DNA of 64,000 nucleotides from Candidatus Lloydbacteria bacterium (lineage in GTDB: Bacteria; Patescibacteriota; Minisyncoccia; Phycocordibacterales; UBA6899). The stretch spans positions 4,161-68,160 of the forward strand of contig JAYSTI010000001.1 in NCBI GenBank assembly GCA_043719805.1, read 5' to 3'. Both the position numbers and the translations under genes were made by a program. Positions within the stretch are counted from its first letter, which is position 1. Every line of letters begins with the position of its first letter. Shown in pieces: positions 39,737-48,864 of the stretch. The notes under the pieces are model-generated. The model did no database searches. It saw only the letters and a program-made list of their open reading frames with translations, and was not told where the DNA came from.

Positions 39737-39768
39737 ATCCGCGGCCTCAATCACTTCAAGGAGTTCTC

Positions 39769-39978
39769 ATGAGCGAACAAGTGCTGTTCCTTTACTTCGT
39801 CCTCCCGACCCTCGTCATCATTGGCATGGTCGGCATCTGGGGCAACTTCTCCTGGCGCGACAAAGATGCTGTCATGCTTCCCCTCTCAGCCCAGCCCGGA
39901 TTCTTCCGCTTCTGGTTCTCGATCACCCCGCGCTACCTTCTCGGCCTTCGGACTGGCATGGAAGACGTCGCGCTCTAG
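39769..39978 (+). CDS. small membrane protein
   Basis: AAGGAG SD, TM helix. Confidence 0.6.
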   Translation: MSEQVLFLYFVLPTLVIIGMVGIWGNFSWRDKDAVMLPLSAQPGFFRFWFSITPRYLLGLRTGMEDVAL

Positions 39979-39996
39979 ACATCGAAGGGAACCACA

Positions 39997-40083
39997 ATGT
40001 TCGGCTGGCTTGCTCTCATCGCGCTCCTCCTCGGTCACCCGGGCTGGGCGCTCGTCTTCTTCATCCTGTGGGTCATCTTCTGA
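39997..40083 (+). CDS. 28-aa hydrophobic peptide
   Basis: MFGWLALIALLLGHPGWALVFFILWVIF; AAGGGA SD; terminator GCCCCGC/GCGGGGC follows. Confidence 0.55.
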   Translation: MFGWLALIALLLGHPGWALVFFILWVIF

Positions 40084-40253
40084 CCCCAGTCCTCCGTTCG
40101 ATTCGAGGCCCCGCAACCGCGGGGCATTTTTATATCCTTCAACATAAACTTAATCAACTTTCACCCCTCACACTCATGCACGTTGACAACATCAACGACT
40201 CAATGTACAATATGTTACAAACTAGTGTCCCTTTTCCACAACGGAGGTTTACC

Positions 40254-40859
40254 ATGATCAGTACCGGTCGTTACGGCTACCATCTCGCAGACATCGCAGA
40301 ACTCAAGGCGAAGTCCACCCTCGATCCGATGGAGGCATTCAACCTCACCCGCATGGAGGCGGAAGTTACCGAATATGAAGCCGGCAAAGCGAGGCAGCAA
40401 ATCCCGATTGCAAGCGCAATCGCTCTCGTCATCAACATGATGAGCCCGCAGACCGACCGTCGGGAAGACTACGTCATGCCCTCCTACGCCGTCATCGAAG
40501 ATGGCAGACATGAGATCATGCCGTACGCGATTCCCGACACATTCGAACATCTGTGGGATGCGTTCGACGAGAGCGAGACGGAGTGTTCGGCGACATGGCT
40601 ACTGCGTCTCGCTCGTTCGAATGGCGACTGGCGACCATTCACGTTCGAGAGCATCAACGCGCTCTACCGTACGCGCGTCAAGACACAATTCCCTGACTTT
40701 TCCTTCAACAGACTGATCGAGCCGGGCATGCACTACGGAATGCCCGGCGAACGTTGGCTCGTTGGCGGTGGATGGATTGTCGTCCGCAATGGTATGCATT
40801 ACTTCACCGACGACTTCGTGTGCCGCGCGCACGAGAGTGCCCTTCGTTCGGCGAAATAG
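40254..40859 (+). CDS. hypothetical protein
   Basis: TTGACA-17-TACAAT (40183-40211), GGAGG SD, terminator. Confidence 0.7.
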   Translation: MISTGRYGYHLADIAELKAKSTLDPMEAFNLTRMEAEVTEYEAGKARQQIPIASAIALVINMMSPQTDRREDYVMPSYAVIEDGRHEIMPYAIPDTFEHLWDAFDESETECSATWLLRLARSNGDWRPFTFESINALYRTRVKTQFPDFSFNRLIEPGMHYGMPGERWLVGGGWIVVRNGMHYFTDDFVCRAHESALRSAK

Positions 40860-40958
40860 CCGACGCCGCGTTCATCGCATTACCCAACCTCGCTTCGGCG
40901 GGGTTTTTTTCGCTATTAATTATGGAATTACATTGATCAAAGCTACGGGAGAGCAGTT

Positions 40959-41147
40959 CTATGAATTCTTTTCAAAATCCTCTCGGGCTTGTTTTGCAAC
41001 AAAATATTCTCCTCGTAGAACATCGAAAACTGCCTCGGTTGTTTTCCCTTCTTGCATATCACGCTCAGCATCTGCTGTTGCCTGACGAAGTACTTCTTCA
41101 TTTGCGATAAGTTGACCTAAGATGAGCGGAGTGTGTTCGGCAGACAT
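40959..41147 (-). CDS. hypothetical protein
   Basis: 62 aa ORF with ATG start. Confidence 0.5.
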   Translation of the reverse strand: MSAEHTPLILGQLIANEEVLRQATADAERDMQEGKTTEAVFDVLRGEYFVAKQAREDFEKNS

Positions 41148-41219
41148 AAAAATATTTTCGTGAATTGATATATGTAAACGTTAGCATGTCGACAAGAGAT
41201 TGAGAAGCAGATTGTTCGT

Positions 41220-41810
41220 CTAGTCGGCGACGGCTACAGAGACGTCAAATTCCTCACGGAGGACCTGCACAAGCTTTTCGAGGGGGAGGCCAAGGATACC
41301 AAAATAATCCCCCTTTGTGCTTTCGACGAATTTTGCCGCACCACCCTGTATGGCATATGCACCCGCACGGTCAAGCGGCTCCCCCGTGGAGACGTACTCT
41401 TCTATCTCCAAACTCGTGATAGTACGAAAAACAATTTCCGCTTCTTCGACAACCTGTATCGTTTTATTTTCCTCCAAGCATACAACCGCAAACCCAGTCA
41501 GCACCGAGTGAGTAGACCCCGAAAGCATTTCGAGCATTTCCGTTGCGCGCTCTTTGGTGTGCGGCTTGCCGAGCAGCTTTCCGTTGTAAGCAATGAACGT
41601 ATCCGCACCGATAACAATGGCGTCAGGATTTTCTCTCGCAACCGCAAGAGACTTCCCCAAAGATAGTTCTTTTGCCAGCTCGAACGGGTCTAAGGAAAGA
41701 GTCATGTCTTCTTCGTATGAAGGAGCAACGATATTAAAGCGGAGGTTGCTTTGCTTGAGTATCTCAATTCGTCGCGGCGATGTTGATGCTAAAATTATCT
41801 TTCTCTCCAT
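41220..41810 (-). CDS. maf: Maf family nucleoside triphosphate pyrophosphatase
   Basis: ILASTSPRR, GADT, GKP, DRAGAYAIQG, GLP. Confidence 0.93.
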   Translation of the reverse strand: MERKIILASTSPRRIEILKQSNLRFNIVAPSYEEDMTLSLDPFELAKELSLGKSLAVARENPDAIVIGADTFIAYNGKLLGKPHTKERATEMLEMLSGSTHSVLTGFAVVCLEENKTIQVVEEAEIVFRTITSLEIEEYVSTGEPLDRAGAYAIQGGAAKFVESTKGDYFGILGLPLEKLVQVLREEFDVSVAVAD

Positions 41811-41903
41811 TGGCCATAGAATACACTAAAAACAAATTAGGGCGAAGTATGTGGCAGTACCAGCATAAAAACCACTCGTCTATTCACCACGAGAGCATTT
41901 CAA

Positions 41904-42045
41904 AATTCCTTCATTCAAAAACTCATTAATGTTGCGGCCGAAGGGCGCGTTAGACTATTCGCCAACCTACCACATGGAGTACCTCCAATTTTATCTCCCC
42001 CTAGTCGTGAAATTTCGGCCGCGTGCGCCTGCGCAGAAAGGAATT
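41904..42045 (-). repeat. structured repeat with family B motif, at the ArsR stop codon
   Basis: AATTCCTT/AAGGAATT and GCGGCCGAA/TTCGGCCGC stems; minus strand TTTCACGAC..AAATTGGAGGTACTCCATGTGGT matches 6428-6476. Confidence 0.6.
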
Positions 42046-42304
42046 AGAGAATAGTGAGGATCTGCCTTACGGCAGCATGCGGCGTCCTTACCAGTCGATA
42101 ATTTATCGTGAGATTGCGCTGTTCTTTCTCAAGTATTCCCACTGCGTACAAGATGCCCAGGTGCTTGGAGGTGGCCTTGAATGACAGCTTTATCTCCCCC
42201 GCCAATTCCCCGACGTTTGCCTCCTTCATTTTCTTGAGATATTTGAGAATGGCAAGGCGCCGACCATTCGCAAGTGCTTTCATTTGTTTTTCAATATCTT
42301 TCAT
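42044..42304 (-). CDS. ArsR/SmtB family transcriptional regulator
   Basis: KALANGRRLAIL, VGELA, TSKHL.IL. Confidence 0.9.
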   Translation of the reverse strand: MKDIEKQMKALANGRRLAILKYLKKMKEANVGELAGEIKLSFKATSKHLGILYAVGILEKEQRNLTINYRLVRTPHAAVRQILTIL

Positions 42305-42466
42305 GATATTTCAGTCATACCACCCTCAAAACTATTCGCCTATTCGCGCGAATTAGAGAACTGAGATGCGTGAAATTAATGGATTATATTCTGTCTCTCC
42401 TGTTCACTTGCGCGCATACGCATTATGAAATAGAATCTCCCCATCGCCACAATAGAGGAGCTCGCG

Positions 42467-42655
42467 ATGTGCTGGAGAGACGATGTTCAATCAAGGCGGG
42501 TCTGCATTGTTTGTGGGTCCGACTACTACGGCTCGCTTGGACACAAATGGTGCCCGGGATGGAGGACGGAGGCGGAGCCCGCGCCGGTCGGCAGCAGTCC
42601 GCAGAATGCAAAACCCGAAAAGAAAGAGCTCGTCGACGAAGACCTCCCCTTCTGA
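42467..42655 (+). CDS. small Cys-containing hypothetical protein
   Basis: GAGGAG SD; CIVCG; ends DEDLPF. Confidence 0.5.
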   Translation: MCWRDDVQSRRVCIVCGSDYYGSLGHKWCPGWRTEAEPAPVGSSPQNAKPEKKELVDEDLPF

Positions 42656-42772
42656 TCAATCAAATCAGAGTCCCACCCCGCACAAGCGGTGTTTTATTTT
42701 GCCCGTCGAATACGTTGACACAGCCTTGGTTCAAAGGTAGCCTCAATTTGGTTTCGTCCAAAGGAGAATACT

Positions 42773-43039
42773 TTGCCCATTTCCGACTACATCGGGGACT
42801 CGCCCGAATCGCAAAAGCGCCGCGCGCTATTTGAGCGCAAGATTGCTCTCAGAAAACTGCTCATGGGATTCAAGCTATCCGGCTTCGACATGACGGGCGA
42901 AGAGTTCTGCTCCTACATGCGCGTCATGGGCTTCGCCTACGGGTTTCTCGGTGATACCGAGCCGAGCGAGGAAGATATCGCACTGTTTGAGCAGAAGATA
43001 GAGTTCATCAGACAAGTTCAGCAAATCCTCGGAGGATAA
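42773..43039 (+). CDS. hypothetical protein
   Basis: TTGACA-17-TAGCCT promoter, AAGGAG SD, TTG start. Confidence 0.6.
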   Translation: MPISDYIGDSPESQKRRALFERKIALRKLLMGFKLSGFDMTGEEFCSYMRVMGFAYGFLGDTEPSEEDIALFEQKIEFIRQVQQILGG

Positions 43040-43131
43040 GCAAGCCCGCCCCGCAACGCGTGGTGTTTTTTTCAACACAAACAAAAAACAACCGCATGGT
43101 GCCATTTTATTTCCTAATGACCACTGACGTA

Positions 43132-43368
43132 CTACTCCAGTCCTTCTTCTACCATCTTCACGATGCGCATAAGGATGGGCTTGTGTAAATTCCAATTTCG
43201 ATCAGGGTCTGTAGCGTTGAGTTCGCGAAACGCTCCCTGCAGTGCGTCCGAATTCCTTACGGATTGAAGGTCTCGCGGTGTAAGACCGGCGATATTTAGC
43301 GCGTTATCCAAAATATCAATATGTTTAGGACTTAGGATAACCAACCCTTCGGTCTCCGCAGGCAGCAT
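43132..43368 (-). CDS. hypothetical protein (possibly 5'-truncated by a frameshift)
   Basis: Reading frame stays open to ~43443; removing one base from the homopolymer run joins it to the ATG at 43465. Confidence 0.45.
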   Translation of the reverse strand: MLPAETEGLVILSPKHIDILDNALNIAGLTPRDLQSVRNSDALQGAFRELNATDPDRNWNLHKPILMRIVKMVEEGLE

Positions 43369-43581
43369 TACATCCTCCTCATGGGCATATTCCTGTAGTC
43401 CGGTGTCTCCTGCAACACGCCAACTATCTGGATTTAAAGTTTTTTAAATATGTACCAGCGAGCATAATCTGTTGGGAACTAATCCTATCACTTGTAACCT
43501 TTGACGCAAATAATAGAGACCATACAACACAAAACTACACATTCCGCTCAGGCGTCGTATTTTGAATGAGTAGCCCGATCG

Positions 43582-43788
43582 TTATTTTCCGCCCAAACGC
43601 TCTCCCTCCTCCTTTTCCCAGCGGATGAGTGGGTTATCATGGGCCTTTTCGCCGAGATACCTGCCTCCTCGCTCTTTATAGAGGAGCACCGCGTGCTGCA
43701 TCGCGCGCGCAGAAAACTTGCCCAGTTTTTGAACAGCCTCCGCCTTACATGCCTCCCAAAGTTCCGGATTTGTTCTTGTTGTACTCAT
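43582..43788 (-). CDS. small basic hypothetical protein
   Basis: T.PELWE...FSARAMQ.AV..YKERGG.Y motif. Confidence 0.65.
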   Translation of the reverse strand: MSTTRTNPELWEACKAEAVQKLGKFSARAMQHAVLLYKERGGRYLGEKAHDNPLIRWEKEEGERLGGK

Positions 43789-43993
43789 GTTGCCTCGTAT
43801 TCTACCAGTTTTATACTTACATGACGCGCACTTAATTCAATGATTGTGTCATCTTCATTGCACAGACAATCTACCTACGCGAATTAGAGAATAGAAAAAG
43901 AGGGAAATATACAGGAACGCCTCGGGACTTTTAATTTGAACACGCGTTATTTAAATCAATGATGCCTGACACCGTTTTCACCGTTTTCGTTTT

Positions 43994-44437
43994 CTATATG
44001 GACCTTATGTCTAATTCCTTCGTGTGGATTTTAATAAATGCCTCAATGGCTTGAACTGTCTGCTCCTTTAACTTCGGATTACTCGATGCGACCCATTTTG
44101 AAAAATTATACAACTCTTGATTGTCCACAATGATCCAACTGTTATTTTTATAGAGAAAATAAAGCAGAGTCATTAGCGCAACGCGCTTATTGCCATTTTG
44201 AAATGGATGATTTTTTATCATCAAATAGAATAGGATAGAAGCTTTTGACAACATTCCTTTATAAAGTTGCCTTTTTGCATATGTTTGACGAGGAGCACCG
44301 AGACACTGCTCAAGTACTCCCGGAAAACGCGAGGTAAATTCGGGAATAGGTTCACCCCACTCAAGTGATTCTTTTGCAAGCTGGTGCGATACTAACTCGA
44401 CTTCCTCGAGTGCAATGTAATCAAATGTGCTTTGCAT
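43994..44437 (-). CDS. Doc/Fic family toxin
   Basis: HPFQNGNKR motif. Confidence 0.9.
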   Translation of the reverse strand: MQSTFDYIALEEVELVSHQLAKESLEWGEPIPEFTSRFPGVLEQCLGAPRQTYAKRQLYKGMLSKASILFYLMIKNHPFQNGNKRVALMTLLYFLYKNNSWIIVDNQELYNFSKWVASSNPKLKEQTVQAIEAFIKIHTKELDIRSI

Positions 44438-44439
44438 AA

Positions 44440-44709
44440 TTACTCTTTACCAAGTAGCTTAAAAGCTTCAGCATATTCACTCGCGGCCAAATGCACAGCT
44501 TCACTTATCTGTTTTTTTTCTCGCTCAGTAAGTTCACCCTGCTTTATAAATGGCTCAATCTCATTTGCTGAAATAACAAAATTTCTACCAATTTTAATCG
44601 CCTGAATTTTTTCTTTTTTTATCCAATTAAATATTGTTACTCTACTCAGGCCCATTAGTGCCGCCGCTTCAGTGGTAGAATAAAATTGCTTTTTCTCGTT
44701 AATCATCAT
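44440..44709 (-). CDS. excisionase-like HTH protein, probable antitoxin
   Basis: YSTTEAAALMGLSRVTIFNWIK..KIGRNF; C-terminal EYAEAFKLLGKE; 2 bp from the toxin gene. Confidence 0.8.
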   Translation of the reverse strand: MMINEKKQFYSTTEAAALMGLSRVTIFNWIKKEKIQAIKIGRNFVISANEIEPFIKQGELTEREKKQISEAVHLAASEYAEAFKLLGKE

Positions 44710-44972
44710 AAAACCATATTAACATGTGTTAATCAGGTGCGCAAGTGATTAACAAAAATATAATATCGCCGTATTTAAAGCAATTATCGTTATTTTCTTC
44801 AGTGGACTTAACGGGCGCGAAATTTGGGATGCAACGCGAAGTCTGGAGGCATGGCCTACTACGGTGAATGCTGCGCCTAGCGAAAGACGGGGAGTTGCGC
44901 CGAAATGCGACGTCTTGGCATCAACGCCACTGCAAAGCAAAGAAAAACAGCCCAATGAGTTGCTGAATTCTC

Positions 44973-45006
44973 AAGGTCGCACCTTCCAAAACTAAGGAAC
45001 GACCTT
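44973..45006. repeat. REP-like palindrome pair
   Basis: AAGGTCGCACCTT-N8-AAGGAACGACCTT. Confidence 0.45.
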
Positions 45007-45140
45007 TGCAGTATATGACCTCTATTTCTCTCTTCTTGTCTATTTTTTTCGTGGGCTTCGCATTTCAGAAGTCAATCGTGACTGTCACCGTTTTCCGTTC
45101 CAGGGTAGGACGAGGGGTGCGTCGTAATTGGTTGAGTAGA

Positions 45141-45344
45141 TTACATCCAGAAACGCAGCAAATAGCCAGTCACTGCTGCCGACAGTGCAAGAACGAAGAC
45201 AAACAAAGGTAGAACAAATACATACTTCCACTTTGCAGGAAGGTTTTTTCTGCCGTAAATCCATACGATATACACGGTAGAAAAAATAGAGAGTGGGATA
45301 GAGATAAATAACACCATATCGACATAACGCTCAAGGCTTGGCAT
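45141..45344 (-). CDS. small 2-TM protein
   Basis: Two hydrophobic helices, directly downstream of rpoD. Confidence 0.55.
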   Translation of the reverse strand: MPSLERYVDMVLFISIPLSIFSTVYIVWIYGRKNLPAKWKYVFVLPLFVFVLALSAAVTGYLLRFWM

Positions 45345-45355
45345 ATGTTTTTTGA

Positions 45356-46819
45356 TTAGTAGGAACGGAGTTTGTTGATGTTGCCGTGCTGGCGGATTTT
45401 TTCGTGGGCTTTGGCTTCAATTTGGCGGATGCGCTCGCGGGTCACACCAAACTCCTTGCCAACCTCTTCTAATGTGTGGGTGACGCCATCGAGAAGGCCG
45501 TGGCGCATTTCGAGAATCTTGCGCTCTTTGGGTGAAAGGTCTGAGAGAATCTCCCCAACCTGATCTGAGAGGATGCGGCGAGAGGATTCTGCATCGGGTG
45601 AGAGAATTTTTTCATCAGCGATGAATTCACCGAGGGTGGATTTGTCTTCGTCGTCGCCGATTGGCTTCTCGAGGGAAACAGTATCCTGGTCGATGTTCTC
45701 GATGATGCGGACGCGCTCGATATCGATGCCCATCTCGGTTGAGACTTCTTCGGCCATCGGCTCGCGACCGAGGTCTTGAGTCAAACGGCGGACGACTTGC
45801 TTGTACTTCGCGATGGTTTCCACCATGTGCACAGGAATACGAATGGTGCGGCTCTGGTCGGCAAGTGCGCGGGTGATGGCCTGACGAATCCACCATGTGG
45901 CGTAGGTCGAGAACTTGTAGCCCTTACTCCAATCGAACTTGTCGACGGCGCGGAAAAGGCCGAGGTTCCCTTCTTGAATGAGGTCAAGCAATGTGAGGTC
46001 GGGTGAACGACCAACGTATTTCTTTGCGACAGAAACAACGAGGCGGAGGTTGGCGCGTGCGAGAAGATTCTTGGCCTCCGGGTCGCCCGCCTGGATACGC
46101 TGTGCGAGCTCACGCTCGTCGCGTGCGGAAAGTAGAGGGTACTGACCGATTTCGCGAAGATACATCTGCGTCGAGTCGTATGGCGAGGACTTCGTCGTCA
46201 GATATTTCTTTGATGCACCGTGATGCGGAGTTTCGTCTTCGGTCACGACGTCGAGCAAACCGCCCGACTCGAGGACGTCGACGCCCATTGTGCCCATGCG
46301 CTCATAGAGTTCCTCCAGGAAGTCGAGATTGTTCTCTATCTCAGGAAAGACACGCAATATCTCGTCGAAGGTGATGAAACCGCGATCGCGTCCACGGGTG
46401 ATGAGGCCGGTGAGCTTGTGCTCGAGGGCCTTCCTCTCCTTGGTCATCGTCTTCTTTGGTGGTGGTGCAAGCTGCTCCTTCTTTGCAAGGGCCTTCTTTT
46501 CCGCGGCTGTGAGCTTCTTTGGCTTCTCGTCGGACTCGGGCATAGGATTGTCCTTCAAGTGCTTCTTTGCCTTGGCAACCTTTGCGTTACGCGTGTTGGC
46601 GCTCCCTGGTTTGTCGCCGGTGTTCTTACCTCTGCGCTTCTTCTTCTTGACGACCTTCTTTGCTGGCTTTTCAACCACCTTCTTGGCAGGCTTTGCGTGC
46701 TTCGCGACTTTCGCGACGGGCTTTGTGGCCTTCTTTGAAGCAGGCTTCGCCGCGGCCTTTTTGGCGGGCTTTGCAGGCTTTTTCTTTGGGGCGGTCTTCA
46801 CGGGTTTCTTGGTTGCCAT
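45356..46819 (-). CDS. rpoD: RNA polymerase primary sigma factor with Lys/Ala/Pro-rich N-terminus
   Basis: [54 protein letters not shown]. Confidence 0.95.
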   Translation of the reverse strand: MATKKPVKTAPKKKPAKPAKKAAAKPASKKATKPVAKVAKHAKPAKKVVEKPAKKVVKKKKRRGKNTGDKPGSANTRNAKVAKAKKHLKDNPMPESDEKPKKLTAAEKKALAKKEQLAPPPKKTMTKERKALEHKLTGLITRGRDRGFITFDEILRVFPEIENNLDFLEELYERMGTMGVDVLESGGLLDVVTEDETPHHGASKKYLTTKSSPYDSTQMYLREIGQYPLLSARDERELAQRIQAGDPEAKNLLARANLRLVVSVAKKYVGRSPDLTLLDLIQEGNLGLFRAVDKFDWSKGYKFSTYATWWIRQAITRALADQSRTIRIPVHMVETIAKYKQVVRRLTQDLGREPMAEEVSTEMGIDIERVRIIENIDQDTVSLEKPIGDDEDKSTLGEFIADEKILSPDAESSRRILSDQVGEILSDLSPKERKILEMRHGLLDGVTHTLEEVGKEFGVTRERIRQIEAKAHEKIRQHGNINKLRSY

Positions 46820-46859
46820 ACGATGTTGATATTTAGAATATAAAATTTGTTGCTTTCAC

Positions 46860-48629
46860 CTACTCACCGACACTCCTCTTTAATTTCCTGTCTTCTATTG
46901 CTATTAATCGTGGAGTCATTTCTTGATACTGCTGTAAATATATTTTCATCTCCTCCTTGTCTTCTCTCCTGTCCGCATCGTGTATTTTTTCTAAAAGTTC
47001 TTTTTGTCTCTCCTTTAATACTTCCGACTCCAGTGTATCGAGCATCTCTTCGATGGCGACCTCGAGCATCGGGCTATGGTCATAGGTATTTTCGGCCCTG
47101 ATGATGAAAACGCGTATCGCATCGTCATCGGGTTTCATCGGAATTATCGAGTGCCGCGCGATGCGCTCCTCATAGACCCTGCGCAGTTGTGGAACATCGA
47201 TGGCGGGCTCCTTGTGTGCCTCCTGCCAGAGAAGAATACTGATTATTTCCTCCTCGGCAACTTGACGTCTGGTTTTTATGTTTCCACGAGGAATTTCGTC
47301 CGAACGGTCTTCGCCGCCCTGTGCGGTCACTACGTGCGATATCGCACCACCCTGATAGCGGAGGCGCTTCACCTCTTCCCAGACAGCATTCGGCGTAAGG
47401 CCGAGCTTCCTGGCTATCTCGGTGATGAAATGGTCCTGTTCCATCTTTGACTGCATGGCCAGAATGAGCGGAAGCACTTTTTTCTCTACTTCGGCGCGAT
47501 AGCTTCGCGCGTCATGGCCCTTCCCGGCGAGTGATAAGAGGTAGAAGTCGATGATGTGCTTGGAGCCTGCGATGACCTCAGCCCAACCTGCGCTGTTCTT
47601 TAGAATATAATCCGCCGGGTCTTTGCCGTCGGGGATTGCCGCTACGCGAACGTTCATCCCGAGTGAAAGTGCAATACCAAATGCGCGCCCCGTGGCGGCG
47701 AGTCCGGCATCATCGGCGTCGAACGCAAAGACGAGATTGTCGGTCACGCGCTTGAGTAGCGCAAGATGTCGCTCGGTGAGCGCCGTACCCGAAACGGCAA
47801 CGGTATTCGTCGCCCCCGCCTGGTGCGACATGATGAGATCCATCTGACCTTCAACGAGGATGCAGAAATTTTGTTTACGGATATCCATCTTCGCGCGGTC
47901 ATATCCGAAGAGTACCGAAGACTTGTCGTAGAGCGGGGTCTCGGGTGAATTGATGTACTTCGCGACATCGGTGCCGTCTTGGTTCTTCTGGGCGCCAAAT
48001 ACGCGACCTGAGAACGCGACGACGTGGCCGTTGGCGTCGAAAATGGGGAACATTACACGGCCCCTAAGTCTATCGTAATAGCCTTTACCCTCTACTGCCT
48101 TGGTGAGTCCTGCGCGTTCTATCTCGGCATCGGTAAAACCCTTCCTTTTCAAATGGTCGTATGCGAGACGCCACTCACTGGGCGCATACCCGATACGAAA
48201 ATCGGCGATGGTCTTCTCGGTGAGGCCGCGTACCTGCAGGTATTCTTGCACTAACGGGTTCTTCGCAAGCTCGGCTTTGTAGAGCTTGGTGACATCGTCC
48301 ATAATGGCGTGTAGTCGCTCACGCTCGGTGCGCTCCCCTGTATTCTCGCGCTTCAACTCTACGCCCGCGCGTGCAGCGAGAATCTTGAGTGCATCAACAA
48401 AGTCGATGCCTTCTATCTCCTGCACGAACGAGAAGATGTCTCCCCCGCGATTACACCCGAAACAGTAGTATGCATCGCGCGACGGCGACACATTAAACGA
48501 CGGCGACTTCTCGTTGTGGAACGGGCAGAGTGCCTTAAAACTCCCACCAGCCTTATCAAGCTTGATGTAACTGCCGACGACGTCGACGATGGAGAGTCTG
48601 GATTTAATTTGTTCTACGGGTGTTGCCAT
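46860..48629 (-). CDS. dnaG: DNA primase
   Basis: CPFHNEKSPSF..CFGC, KYINSPET, EGQMD, FDADDAG, KDP. Confidence 0.97.
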   Translation of the reverse strand: MATPVEQIKSRLSIVDVVGSYIKLDKAGGSFKALCPFHNEKSPSFNVSPSRDAYYCFGCNRGGDIFSFVQEIEGIDFVDALKILAARAGVELKRENTGERTERERLHAIMDDVTKLYKAELAKNPLVQEYLQVRGLTEKTIADFRIGYAPSEWRLAYDHLKRKGFTDAEIERAGLTKAVEGKGYYDRLRGRVMFPIFDANGHVVAFSGRVFGAQKNQDGTDVAKYINSPETPLYDKSSVLFGYDRAKMDIRKQNFCILVEGQMDLIMSHQAGATNTVAVSGTALTERHLALLKRVTDNLVFAFDADDAGLAATGRAFGIALSLGMNVRVAAIPDGKDPADYILKNSAGWAEVIAGSKHIIDFYLLSLAGKGHDARSYRAEVEKKVLPLILAMQSKMEQDHFITEIARKLGLTPNAVWEEVKRLRYQGGAISHVVTAQGGEDRSDEIPRGNIKTRRQVAEEEIISILLWQEAHKEPAIDVPQLRRVYEERIARHSIIPMKPDDDAIRVFIIRAENTYDHSPMLEVAIEEMLDTLESEVLKERQKELLEKIHDADRREDKEEMKIYLQQYQEMTPRLIAIEDRKLKRSVGE

Positions 48630-48740
48630 ATCTTATTCGGATGCGAGAAAACACACAGGGGGGACGTTACTGAGTGTTTTCTTTATAGTTTTCATTTTAT
48701 TTCATGAGCACTGAAACAAAGAACAAACAAATGCATCGAG

Positions 48741-48864
48741 TAAAAGTTCACTTTTGGGATGCAGTGCGAGGCGTCGAGGAAGTGATGTTCGGTAGGCGTA
48801 CTTTGAGTACGACTACCGAACTCACGACGATGACAACAATGCACCGCGCCAAAATGGACTTTTA
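48741..48864 (+). repeat. structured repeat family A copy overlapping the rpoC stop
   Basis: Arms TAAAAGTTCACTTTTGG / CCAAAATGGACTTTTA; core GATGCA..GAGGCG..GCGTAC-TTTGA-GTACG..ACAACAATGCA. Confidence 0.7.

Noticed and set aside
43368-43465. Programmed frameshift in an A6 run extending ORF 43132-43368
   Set aside because: No stimulatory structure seen; an indel or sequencing error is more likely.
38500-44760. Possible prophage or integron
   Set aside because: No integrase, terminase or structural genes and no consistent attC sites. Housekeeping maf is interspersed.
44800-44960. Possible degenerate family A repeat (TTGGGATGCAACGCG...CCCAA)
   Set aside because: Arms and core are too diverged to call confidently.
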